A DNA stretch of 64,000 bases from the NCBI GenBank assembly GCA_964404195.1, contig CAYOJC010000001.1, positions 57,940 through 121,939 of the forward strand, in the 5' to 3' direction. The notes under the pieces are model-generated. The model ran no database searches. It was not told where the DNA came from and was given only the letters and a program-made list of their open reading frames with translations. Every line of letters starts with the position of its first letter. Position 1 is the first letter of the stretch. Source of the stretch: an uncultured Syntrophobacteraceae bacterium (GTDB lineage: Bacteria > Desulfobacterota > Binatia > UBA9968). A program made the position numbers and the translations under genes. Below, piece by piece: positions 55,545 through 64,000 of the stretch.

Positions 55545-57447
55545 GGCGAAGTGCTTCCATCCGAGCGGGAGCTTCATCGAGTTCACGAGGGACGAGGTGG
55601 AGCAGGCCATTGCGGGCCGTTTCGAAAAGATCGCGCGGCTCCATCCGTATCGCCTCGCCGTAAAGACGAGAAAGCGGGCGCTCACCTACGATGATTTGAA
55701 CCAGGCGGCCAATCGTGTGGCACATGCCCTTATTGAACGGCGCGGCGAAGCCAACGAACCGATCGCGCTGCTGCTCGAAAACGACGCGTCGATGATCGCC
55801 GCGATTCTCGGCGTGCTGAAGGCCGGGAAGATGTACGTGCCGCTGGATATTTCGCATCCGCGTGCGAGCATCGCATACATCTTAGAGGATTCTGAGGCAG
55901 GCGTCATCGCGACCAACAACAGAAATCTTCCGTTGGCTCGCGAATTGGCTCACTCTGAGCGCCAAGTCGTCAACGTCGATGAGATCGATTCCAATTCCCC
56001 GGCCCCGAACCCTAACTTAAACATTTCTCCGGATAGTCCCGCTAATATCCTTTACACTTCCGGCTCGACCGGACAACCTAAGGGGGTCGTCCAAAATCAC
56101 CGCAACGTGCTCCATGAAATCATGAACTACACCAACGGCGTTCACATCTGCGCCGACGATCGGCTCATTCTTGTTTCTTCTCCGAGCTTCTCCGGCACCG
56201 TGAGAACCGTTTACGGCGCGCTTCTAAACGGCGTCGGCCTGTATCCGTTCGACGTCAGAGAAGAAGGGCTGGCGCGCCTGGCCGAGTGGATGATCCGGCA
56301 AGGGATTACCATTTACCGCTCGGTCCCCGCGATCTTTCGCCACTTTCTCGGCGCGTCGAAAGAAAATCAAAATTTTTCCGACGTTCGCGTAGTCTACTTA
56401 GCGGGCGATTCGGTTTCCAAAGACGATGTGGAGTCGTATAAAAAATATTTTTCGCAGAAATGTATTTTGGTGAACAGCATGGGCTTGTCGGAAACCCTGA
56501 CCTGCCGATGGTATTTCCTCGATAAAGACACCCACGTTCCCGCCGGCGCGGTTCCCGTAGGCTATCCGGTCCCCGACATGGACGTCGTTTTGCTCGACGA
56601 TGACGGCAAAGAACTCGGCTTCGATCAGGCCGGCGAGATTGCAATTAAAAGTCTCTACCTTTCTTCCGGTTATTGGCGGAACCCGGAGCTGACCGCGGCC
56701 GCCTTTTCCGCCGGGGTCGATGGGGCAAGCCGGCTCTATCGCACCGGCGATCTCGGCCGGATGTCGCCCGACGGCTGCCTCGATCATCTTGGGCGCAAAG
56801 ACTTCCAGGTAAAAATCAGAGGGCACCGCATCGAAGTCAGCGCGATCGAGACGGCGCTGCTCGAGCTGGGTACAATCAAGGAAGCCGTCGTTGTGGCATG
56901 GGTCTACGCGCCCACGGACCCTTCGACCGCGCTCGGGACGGATTTGCGCCTGGCGGCTTATGTGGTTCCCCGCAAGCAACCGGGACCGGCCGTCAGCTCG
57001 CTCAGGAATTTCCTAAGAGAAAAGCTGCCGGACTATATGATCCCTGCGGTCTTTGTTCTGCTCGACGCCCTGCCGCTGACGCCAAACGGGAAAGTCGACC
57101 GCCTTGCGCTGCCGGCGCCGGATCCAACCAGGCCCGAGCTGGGAAATCCTTTCGTGGCCCCTCGATCCTCTATCGAGGAGATGATAGCCGGCATTTGGTC
57201 TCAGGTTCTTGGGCTGGAGCGGGTCGGAGTGCACGATAACTTTTTCGATTTGGGAGGCCATTCTCTGTTGGCGACTCAGGTCATCTCGCGCGTGTGGGAG
57301 ACTTATGAGATCGAGTTGTCCATGCGGAGCTTCTTCGAAGCGGCGACGGTCGCCGGAATCGCCGAGGCAATTCAGAAAGCCAAAGACAGCGACGCCGAAA
57401 GCGCGACGCCTAAAATCCCCCGGGTTTCACGGCGGTCGCAACCATGA
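55480..57447 (+). CDS. free-standing NRPS A-T didomain protein (copy 1)
   Basis: A3 ILYTSGSTGQPKGV, a divergent A5 NSMGLSETL, A7 YRTGDLG, A8 GRKDFQVKIRGHRIE, A10 PLTPNGKVDR, and a T domain LGGHSLLATQV. There is no C domain. GTG start; an alternative ATG lies at 55489. Confidence 0.85.
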   Translation: MIHMREFLRVPEQLPAEQKIIRAKCFHPSGSFIEFTRDEVEQAIAGRFEKIARLHPYRLAVKTRKRALTYDDLNQAANRVAHALIERRGEANEPIALLLENDASMIAAILGVLKAGKMYVPLDISHPRASIAYILEDSEAGVIATNNRNLPLARELAHSERQVVNVDEIDSNSPAPNPNLNISPDSPANILYTSGSTGQPKGVVQNHRNVLHEIMNYTNGVHICADDRLILVSSPSFSGTVRTVYGALLNGVGLYPFDVREEGLARLAEWMIRQGITIYRSVPAIFRHFLGASKENQNFSDVRVVYLAGDSVSKDDVESYKKYFSQKCILVNSMGLSETLTCRWYFLDKDTHVPAGAVPVGYPVPDMDVVLLDDDGKELGFDQAGEIAIKSLYLSSGYWRNPELTAAAFSAGVDGASRLYRTGDLGRMSPDGCLDHLGRKDFQVKIRGHRIEVSAIETALLELGTIKEAVVVAWVYAPTDPSTALGTDLRLAAYVVPRKQPGPAVSSLRNFLREKLPDYMIPAVFVLLDALPLTPNGKVDRLALPAPDPTRPELGNPFVAPRSSIEEMIAGIWSQVLGLERVGVHDNFFDLGGHSLLATQVISRVWETYEIELSMRSFFEAATVAGIAEAIQKAKDSDAESATPKIPRVSRRSQP

Positions 57448-57530
57448 AGTTGTCCTGATAAGCAGTGATCCATATGAGAGAATTCTTGCGCGTGCCTGAA
57501 CAACTTCCCGCGGAGCAGAAGATCATCCGC
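57379..57530 (+). repeat. ~150-bp perfect direct repeat, copy 2 (tandem-duplication junction)
   Basis: See 55393-55544. Confidence 0.85.
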
Positions 57531-59525
57531 GCGAAGTGCTTCCATCCGAGCGGGAGCTTCATCGAGTTCACGAAGGACGAGGTGGAGCAGGCCATTGCGC
57601 GCCGTTTCGAAAAGATCGCGCGGCTCCATCCGCATCGCCTCGCCTTAAAGACGAGAAAGCGGGCGCTCACCTACGATGATTTGAACCAGGCGGCCAACCG
57701 TGTGGCGCGCGCCATTCTTAAACGGCGCGGCGAAGGCAATGAGCCGATCGCGCTGCTACTGGAAAACGATGCGCCGATAATTGCGGCGATTCTCGGCGTG
57801 CTGAAGGCCGGGAAGATGTACGTGCCGCTGGATATTTCGTATCCGCGCGCGAGTCTCGCCCACATTTTAGAGGATTCCGGGGCCGGCGTCGTCGTGACCG
57901 ACACCGGAAGTTTTTCGTCGGCTAACGAGTTGGCTCACTCCGGGCTCCAGCTTGTCAACCTCGACGACATCGACGGCAACTCTCCCGCCCCGAATCCGGA
58001 CTTAACCATTTCACCGGAGAGCCTTGTCTATATCCTGTACACTTCCGGCTCGACCGGAAAACCCAAGGGCGTCGTCCACAATCACCGCAACGTGCTCCAT
58101 GAGATCATGAACTACACCAACGCCGTTCACATCGGCGTAGACGACCGGCTGGCGCTTCTTTCTTCTCCCAGCTTCGCCGATGCCGTGAGGACCACCTACG
58201 GCGCCCTGCTCAACGGCGCCGGCCTGTACCCGTTGAATATCAGAGCGGAGGGCTTGGCCCATTTGGGCGATTGGTTGATCGAGCAAGAGATTACCATTTA
58301 CCGCTCGGTGCCGGCGGTCTTTCGCCAGTTTGCCGGCGCCTTGACGGACAATGAGAACTTTCCCCGCCTGCGCGCCATCTACTCGGCGGGCGACACCGTC
58401 TCCAAGCACGATATAGATCTGTACAAAAAACATTTCTCCCCGCACTGTATTTTCGTCAACGGTCTGGGCGCGAGCGAGTGCCTGACCTTTTGTTGGCAAT
58501 TCTTCGACAAGCAGACTCGGATTTCCCACAGCACCGTTCCTGTCGGCCATGCGATAGAGGACATGGAAATTCTTTTGCTCGACGAAGACGGGAACCGAGT
58601 CGGTTTCGATCAAGTCGGAGAAATAACGATCGAGAGCCGCTACCTTTCACCCGGTTATTGGCGCAAGCCGGAGCTCACGGCGGCCGCCTTTTCCGATGCC
58701 AAAGGGGGAAGCGAACGAACTTACCGGACCGGCGACCTCGGCCGCATGTCGTCCGATGGCTGCCTGGAACACCTTGGGCGAAAAGACTTCCAGGTAAAAA
58801 TCAGAGGGTACCGCATCGAAGTGATCGAGATCGAGACTGCGCTGCTCGGCCTTGAGACGATCAAGGCGGCCGTTGTTGTCGCGCGCGAAAACGGTTCCGG
58901 CGATCCTTCGACCGGGCTCCCTTCGATTAACTCAGGGCTTGACCCCTCGACAGGCTCGGGACTAAAGGCTGTCGAGGGGGCCTGCCCTGAGGCCCCTCGA
59001 AGGGTCGAAGGCAGGACAGACCTGCGCTTAGTTGCTTATCTGGTTCCCCATGAGCGACCGGGGCCCGACGTCCATTCGCTCCGGCGCGCCCTCGAAGAGC
59101 GACTACCGGACTATATGATTCCTTCGGCTTTTGTTCTGCTGGATTCCTTGCCGCTGACGCCAAACGGGAAAGTCGACCGCCGTTCGCTGCCGGCCCCGGA
59201 TCCAACCAGGCCCGAGCTGGGAAATCCTTTCGTGGCGCCTCGTTCTCCGATCGAGGATACGCTCGCAAACATTTGCTCTCAGGTTCTTGGGCTGGAGCGA
59301 GTCGGAGTGCATGACAACTTTTTCGATCTCGGAGGCCATTCTCTTCTGGCGACTCAGGTCATCTCGCGCGTGCTGGACGCCTTTCGGATCGAGCTGTCTC
59401 TGCGGAGCTTCTTCGAGGCGCCGACGGTCGCCGGAATCGCCGAGGGAATTCAGAAAGCCAAGGAGCGCGACGCCGAAAGCACGCCGCCTAAGATATCCCG
59501 GGTGCCAAGGAGTCGCCTCGCATAA
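57465..59525 (+). CDS. free-standing NRPS A-T didomain protein (copy 2, diverged)
   Basis: The same architecture as 55480..57447. The N-terminal 50 aa are nearly identical; the A-domain core is ~75% identical. The C-terminal tail differs (…KERDAESTPPKISRVPRSRLA). Confidence 0.85.
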   Translation: MIHMREFLRVPEQLPAEQKIIRAKCFHPSGSFIEFTKDEVEQAIARRFEKIARLHPHRLALKTRKRALTYDDLNQAANRVARAILKRRGEGNEPIALLLENDAPIIAAILGVLKAGKMYVPLDISYPRASLAHILEDSGAGVVVTDTGSFSSANELAHSGLQLVNLDDIDGNSPAPNPDLTISPESLVYILYTSGSTGKPKGVVHNHRNVLHEIMNYTNAVHIGVDDRLALLSSPSFADAVRTTYGALLNGAGLYPLNIRAEGLAHLGDWLIEQEITIYRSVPAVFRQFAGALTDNENFPRLRAIYSAGDTVSKHDIDLYKKHFSPHCIFVNGLGASECLTFCWQFFDKQTRISHSTVPVGHAIEDMEILLLDEDGNRVGFDQVGEITIESRYLSPGYWRKPELTAAAFSDAKGGSERTYRTGDLGRMSSDGCLEHLGRKDFQVKIRGYRIEVIEIETALLGLETIKAAVVVARENGSGDPSTGLPSINSGLDPSTGSGLKAVEGACPEAPRRVEGRTDLRLVAYLVPHERPGPDVHSLRRALEERLPDYMIPSAFVLLDSLPLTPNGKVDRRSLPAPDPTRPELGNPFVAPRSPIEDTLANICSQVLGLERVGVHDNFFDLGGHSLLATQVISRVLDAFRIELSLRSFFEAPTVAGIAEGIQKAKERDAESTPPKISRVPRSRLA
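58915..59020 (+). repeat. in-frame ~93-105-nt REP-like double-hairpin insertion inside the A domain (between A9 and A10) of A-T copy 2
   Basis: It adds GLPSINSGLDPSTGSGLKAVEGACPEAPRRVEGR relative to the paralog. It contains the 11-bp palindrome cccctcgacag…ctgtcgagggg (58943-58979) and a second stem gcctgcc…ggcagg. Confidence 0.5.
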
Positions 59526-59592
59526 AGCCGCCCTTATGAAAATCGCCGGTAGTTTAGAAGGATCGAAGGGCGCAGGAGACCCGGACGAAACG

Positions 59593-62500
59593 ATGAAAAA
59601 AGAAATCGTTGTTTTTCCCACCTCGTTCGCCCAGCAACGTCTGTGGTTCCTGGATCAACTGGAGCCGGGCAACTCGACCTACAACATCGCCCAGGCCTTC
59701 AGGCTCAGCGGCCGGCTTCAGCCGGAAGCGCTCGAGCGAAGCTTGAATGAGATCGTACGGCGCCATGAAACTCTGCACACCACGTTCGTCGAGATCGAGG
59801 GCGAACCCATGCAGATCATCGGCGCGCCGTCGCACCAGCCGCTCAACGTCATCAACCTTTTGGGGATTCCCGCCGGCGAGCGGGAGAGCGAAGCTGGGCG
59901 ATTGCTCGAAGCCGAGGCGCATCGGCCGTTCGACTTGGCCAAGGGACCCCTATTTCGCGCCGTTCTCTTCAGGCTGGACGAAGAAGAAAATATTCTGCTG
60001 TTCGTCATGCATCACATTGTGTCGGACGGCTGGTCCATGTCGGTGCTCTATCGCGAGCTCTCCGCTCTCTACGAGGCGTTTTGCCGGGGCAAGGTCGCGT
60101 CCTTGCCGGAGCTTCCGATCCAGTACGCGGACTTTGCCGTTTGGCAGCGTGAATATCTCGCGGGAGGCATTATCGAAGCCGAGCTCGAATACTGGAAAAA
60201 ACAACTCGCGGGGATGCCTCGTGGCTTGACGTTCCCCGGAGATCCCGATCGACCTCCCGTTCTCAGCCGGCAAGCCGCGCGGCAGTCATTCTCGCTGTCG
60301 AAGATTTTATCCGATGCGTTGAGAGCGCTCGGCCGCCAGGGAGAGGCGACGCATTTCATGACGCTGTTGGCGGCATTTTACGTCTGGCTCCGGCGTTATA
60401 CAGGACAGGAAGACATCGTCATCGGAAGCCCGGTTGCCGGTCGGAATCGCGCCGAGATCGAGGGACTGATCGGTTTTTTCGTCAACACCTTGCTTTTGCG
60501 GGCCGACCTTTCCGGCGATATCACGTTTCGCGAGCTGCTTTCGCAAGTGCGAACGGTGAGTCTGGAGGCGCTGACCAACCAGAACGTCCCTTACGAAAAG
60601 CTGGTCGCGGCACTGCCCCGGCGGAGCGCGCGCCAGGACGCTCTCGTCCAGGCCGCTTTTGCATTTCAGACCGGGACCGCGCCGCTGCGCCTCAGCGGAC
60701 TGACAACCCGCCGCATGAACATAAAACCGGGCGCCGCCAAGCTTGAGTTGACTCTCTTCATGTGGGACGAAGCGGAAGGACTCGCCGGCGCGCTGGAATA
60801 CGACACCGGTCTGTTTAACGATCGCGCCGCCACCGCAATGATCGAGGATTTCCACAAATTGCTGGAGGCGATCGTCGCCGGTCCCGAACGCCGCTTGTCG
60901 GAATTGGCGCCGGTGATCGCGCCAACCGCAAGACCCGATAAAAAGCGCGAGCCCGACATCTACGAACGCGCCAACTTGACGAAGAATCAGCTTCTTGTCT
61001 GGCTAGGTCAGAAGCTCCAGCCGGAAGTCCCGCTCTACAATGTCGCCGTGACCTTCGAATTTTCCGGGAAGATCGACCCGCTCCACTTCCGCAAAGCGTT
61101 TCAAACGCTCGTCGATTCCAGCGACGCGCTGCGCACCGCGATCGAGGAAACGGGCGGCGTGCCGCAACAAAAAGTGCTGGACCGTCTTCCTTACGAGATG
61201 GAATACCTTGACTTCTCGGCGCTTACCGATCCCGAGGCCGCCCTCGATGAATGGGCGGAGCGCCGCTGCCGCGTCCTGTTCGATTTGCGCGACCGCCTGT
61301 TCGATTCGGCGCTGCTCAAAATCGCCGAAGACCGGTTCGTCTGGTATTGGTGCCAGCACCACATCGTCACAGACGGAGCGGCCATCTTGCTGATTTACCG
61401 CCGCATGTCGGAGCTCTACGGCCGCTCGCTCGACGGGCGCCTGGAAGACGTCGTCGCGCTGCCGCAGTTTCAGGACTACATCGAGCACGAGCGGGAGCAG
61501 CGCGCTTCTCCGCGCTACGCCGAAACGGAAGCCTATTGGGAAAAACAGCTCGCGGAAAAAGCCGAGCCTTTGAACTTCTACGGCGGCCGCCAAACGGAGC
61601 GGACGGCGCGAGTCGAAAGGCTCTCGTTCGATTTGGGCGCCCGTCGGACGCAGGGGCTAAAGACGATCGCCGGCAGCAAAGAGATTTTCAGCGCGACGGA
61701 ACATGCATCGGTCTTCAACGTTTTGGCGGCGGCCCTCTTTGCCTATCTTTATCGGATCCATGGCGACCGGCGGCTCTCCATCGGCGTTCCGTTTCAAAAC
61801 CGGGCCAAAGTTTTCAGCGAGACGATCGGCCTTTTCATGGAGGTTTTTCCTCTGCAAATCGCCCTGGAAGAAAACGACAGCTTTCTTTCCGTCATCCAGA
61901 AAATTCGCGCCGGGATGTCCGAGATCCGCGCCTTCCGCGGAATTACGCTGGCAAACTCTCCGAGCAATAGGCTTTATGACGTCCTCCTGAACTATCACAC
62001 GGCGAGATTTTCCCGCTTTCACGGCATGCCCATGCGGCAGCGATGGATTCACACCGGATATGAAAACGATGCTTTGGCGCTGCAAGTGCGCGACTTCGAG
62101 GGCGCCGGCAGCTTCGTTTTGGATTTCGATTTTCATTGCGACGTTTTCAGTGAAGCGGAGCGCGGCCAGGCGATGCGCCATTTTCTCAAGGTTCTGGAAA
62201 GTTTTTTGGAAGATCCGGCCCAACCGTTACATAACGTAAGTCTTCTCACCTCGGAAGAAAAACAGCGCATCCTGGTGGAGTTCAACCGCTCGACGTGGAA
62301 ACCGTGCGGCGCGCAGGTGCTGCCGCGGCTCTTCGAGGCGCAGGCGCGGAAAACGCCCGGTCGCGTGGCGCTTGCCGTCGAAGACCAGACGCTGACCTAC
62401 GCGGCGTTGAATTCCCGCGCCAACCAGGTCGCCCGCTATCTCAGATCTCTTGGAGTCGGCGCGGAAGCCATCGTGGCCCTATGCGCGGAACCCTCGCCCG

Positions 62501-64000
62501 CGATGCTCGTGGGCATCTTGGGAATCCTCAAGGCCGGCGGCGCCTATCTTCCTCTCGATCCGCAATATCCCAAAGAGCGGTTGGAATTTATGCTTCAGGA
62601 CACGAGCGCGCCTTTCCTTGTGACCGAGAATAAATTGTCTGTCTCCTATCCTCATCTTGCCGGCATCGCCGCGCCTACTGTCGTCTATCTGGACGACGAC
62701 CGGGACGTCATCGCGAAACAGAACGAAGAAAACTTCGACGCCGGAACAACGCCCGGCAATCTCGCTTACGTGATTTATACTTCGGGCAGCACCGGGACGC
62801 CCAAGGGCGTCATGATCGAGCACGGCGCGATTTGCAATCGGGCGCAATGGGGAGGCGAATTTTACGGCTTGAACGAGTCGGACCGGGTGTTGCAAAAGTC
62901 TTCTTTGGCCTTCGACGCTTCGGTCTGGGAAATTTTCGAGCCGCTTTTGGCGGGAGCCCGCATCGTCATGGCCCGCCCCGGCGGCCGGCAGAATCTCGCT
63001 TACCTGGCCGAATTGATGGCCGAACAAAAAGTCACCGTCGCCGAATTCGCGCCTTCGACGCTGCGCGCGCTGTTGGAGGAAGGAAGCATCGCCCGTTGCA
63101 AGTCGCTGAAACGCGTCTTCTCGGGCGGCGAGGTTTTGACCGCCGAGCTCGAAAAAATGTTTTTCGAGCGGCTATCGGCCGAGTTGGTCAACACCTACGG
63201 CCCGACGGAGGCCTCGGTCGACGTCGCGCACTGGAAGTGCGAGGCCGGGATCGCCCAACGCAACGTCCCGATCGGAAGGCCCGTTGCCGGCATGCAAATC
63301 TATATTCTCGACGCGCGGCTTCAACCGGTGCCGGTCGGCGTGCCGGGCGAGCTGCTGATCGGCGGCGTGGGCGTCGCCCGCGGATATCTGAACCGCCCCG
63401 AGCTTAGCGCCGAGAAATTCGTTGCCAATACGATCAGCGGCGAGCCGGGCGCGCGGCTTTACAAGACCGGAGATCGGGCGCGCTACCTGCCGGACGGCAA
63501 CATTGAATTTCTCGGCCGCATCGACGACCAGGTAAAAATCCGCGGCTTTCGCATCGAGCCGGGCGAGATCGAGGCGATGCTCTCCCGGCACGCCGCAGTG
63601 AGGGAGGGCGTAGTCGTGGCGCGAGGGGATGCGACGGGAGAGAAGCGCCTCGTGGCCTATGTCGTACCCCACAGAGGCCGGACTCCCGCAACCGCTGACC
63701 TGCGGAGCTTTCTCAGATCGAAGTTGCCCGAGTATATGGTGCCTTCAGCTTTCATCTTGCTGGAGGCCCTGCCAAGGACTCCTCACGGCAAGTTGGACCG
63801 CCGGGCGCTGCCGGCGCCCGACCAGATCAGGCCCGAGCTGGAAACAACGTTTGTTGCCCCCCAGACTCCGGTGGAAAAAGTGCTTGCAGGGATCTTCGCC
63901 GACGTTCTTGGCATAGAGCGGGTCGGAATCCACGACGACTTCTTCGAGCTGGGCGGCCATTCTTTACTGGCGACGCTGGTCGTCTCCCGGATACGCGCCG
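59593..64000 (+). CDS. NRPS beginning with two consecutive C domains followed by A-T (C-C-A-T…); the 3' end lies beyond the window
   Basis: Frame 1 is open from the ATG at 59593 to the window end. The first C domain has MHHIVSDGWS (~60010). The second has CQHHIVTDGAA (~61360). The A domain has YTSGSTGTPKG (~62780), NTYGPTE and YKTGDRARY. The T domain has LGGHSLLATL (~63950). Confidence 0.85.
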   Translation, partial: MKKEIVVFPTSFAQQRLWFLDQLEPGNSTYNIAQAFRLSGRLQPEALERSLNEIVRRHETLHTTFVEIEGEPMQIIGAPSHQPLNVINLLGIPAGERESEAGRLLEAEAHRPFDLAKGPLFRAVLFRLDEEENILLFVMHHIVSDGWSMSVLYRELSALYEAFCRGKVASLPELPIQYADFAVWQREYLAGGIIEAELEYWKKQLAGMPRGLTFPGDPDRPPVLSRQAARQSFSLSKILSDALRALGRQGEATHFMTLLAAFYVWLRRYTGQEDIVIGSPVAGRNRAEIEGLIGFFVNTLLLRADLSGDITFRELLSQVRTVSLEALTNQNVPYEKLVAALPRRSARQDALVQAAFAFQTGTAPLRLSGLTTRRMNIKPGAAKLELTLFMWDEAEGLAGALEYDTGLFNDRAATAMIEDFHKLLEAIVAGPERRLSELAPVIAPTARPDKKREPDIYERANLTKNQLLVWLGQKLQPEVPLYNVAVTFEFSGKIDPLHFRKAFQTLVDSSDALRTAIEETGGVPQQKVLDRLPYEMEYLDFSALTDPEAALDEWAERRCRVLFDLRDRLFDSALLKIAEDRFVWYWCQHHIVTDGAAILLIYRRMSELYGRSLDGRLEDVVALPQFQDYIEHEREQRASPRYAETEAYWEKQLAEKAEPLNFYGGRQTERTARVERLSFDLGARRTQGLKTIAGSKEIFSATEHASVFNVLAAALFAYLYRIHGDRRLSIGVPFQNRAKVFSETIGLFMEVFPLQIALEENDSFLSVIQKIRAGMSEIRAFRGITLANSPSNRLYDVLLNYHTARFSRFHGMPMRQRWIHTGYENDALALQVRDFEGAGSFVLDFDFHCDVFSEAERGQAMRHFLKVLESFLEDPAQPLHNVSLLTSEEKQRILVEFNRSTWKPCGAQVLPRLFEAQARKTPGRVALAVEDQTLTYAALNSRANQVARYLRSLGVGAEAIVALCAEPSPAMLVGILGILKAGGAYLPLDPQYPKERLEFMLQDTSAPFLVTENKLSVSYPHLAGIAAPTVVYLDDDRDVIAKQNEENFDAGTTPGNLAYVIYTSGSTGTPKGVMIEHGAICNRAQWGGEFYGLNESDRVLQKSSLAFDASVWEIFEPLLAGARIVMARPGGRQNLAYLAELMAEQKVTVAEFAPSTLRALLEEGSIARCKSLKRVFSGGEVLTAELEKMFFERLSAELVNTYGPTEASVDVAHWKCEAGIAQRNVPIGRPVAGMQIYILDARLQPVPVGVPGELLIGGVGVARGYLNRPELSAEKFVANTISGEPGARLYKTGDRARYLPDGNIEFLGRIDDQVKIRGFRIEPGEIEAMLSRHAAVREGVVVARGDATGEKRLVAYVVPHRGRTPATADLRSFLRSKLPEYMVPSAFILLEALPRTPHGKLDRRALPAPDQIRPELETTFVAPQTPVEKVLAGIFADVLGIERVGIHDDFFELGGHSLLATLVVSRIRA

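Noticed and set aside
1-64000. tRNA, rRNA, CRISPR arrays and prophage structural genes.
   Set aside because: No cloverleaf-compatible conserved tRNA motifs, no rRNA-like stretches, and no regularly spaced direct repeats with unique spacers were seen. The only mobile-element genes are the IS91 transposase/recombinase pair.

Overview
High-GC (~63-66%) bacterial contig, gene-dense, with no rRNA, tRNA or CRISPR. It has four parts. (1) 1-34.05 kb: a highly iterated catabolic/transport supercluster with no regulator gene, almost entirely on the + strand. It holds five UbiD-family decarboxylase paralogs (the first truncated by the window edge) and three xanthine-dehydrogenase-family molybdopterin large subunits that have no FeS or FAD partner genes. 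It also holds four bicupins (one gentisate-1,2-dioxygenase-like plus three close paralogs), a PqqC-like protein plus a 5' remnant of a second copy, and an OCD/mu-crystallin homolog. Transport is represented by a tandem array of four NMT1/THI5-like periplasmic binding proteins (one frameshifted, no cognate permease) and four DppA-like family-5 SBPs served by a single DppBCDF-type importer. Duplication scars show the locus grew by repeated cassette duplication: a 76-bp remnant of the bicupin 3' end, a duplicated XDH-stop/UbiD-start junction, and REP/MITE hairpin elements. (2) 34.1-38.3 kb: a lower-GC mobile insertion. It carries an IS91-family HUH transposase plus a tyrosine recombinase, with a two-gene cargo (hypothetical protein with weak class-III-cyclase-like motifs, and a DUF429 RNase-H-like protein). 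(3) 38.7-50.3 kb: accessory genes. These are an ICMT/PEMT-type methyltransferase, two alpha/beta hydrolases, TauE/SafE adjacent to a TPP enzyme, an M20 peptidase, a VOC protein, a TAXI-like protein, a ThrC-like PLP enzyme and a ferritin-like diiron protein. (4) 50.4-64 kb: an NRPS cluster. It comprises a FAAL-like A-T-C-A-T protein (1695 aa), two tandemly duplicated free-standing A-T didomain proteins whose boundaries are ~150-bp perfect repeats, and a C-C-A-T... protein that runs off the window. REP-like hairpin elements are inserted in-frame into two of the NRPS genes. Many long antisense ORFs in the track are GC-driven artefacts.
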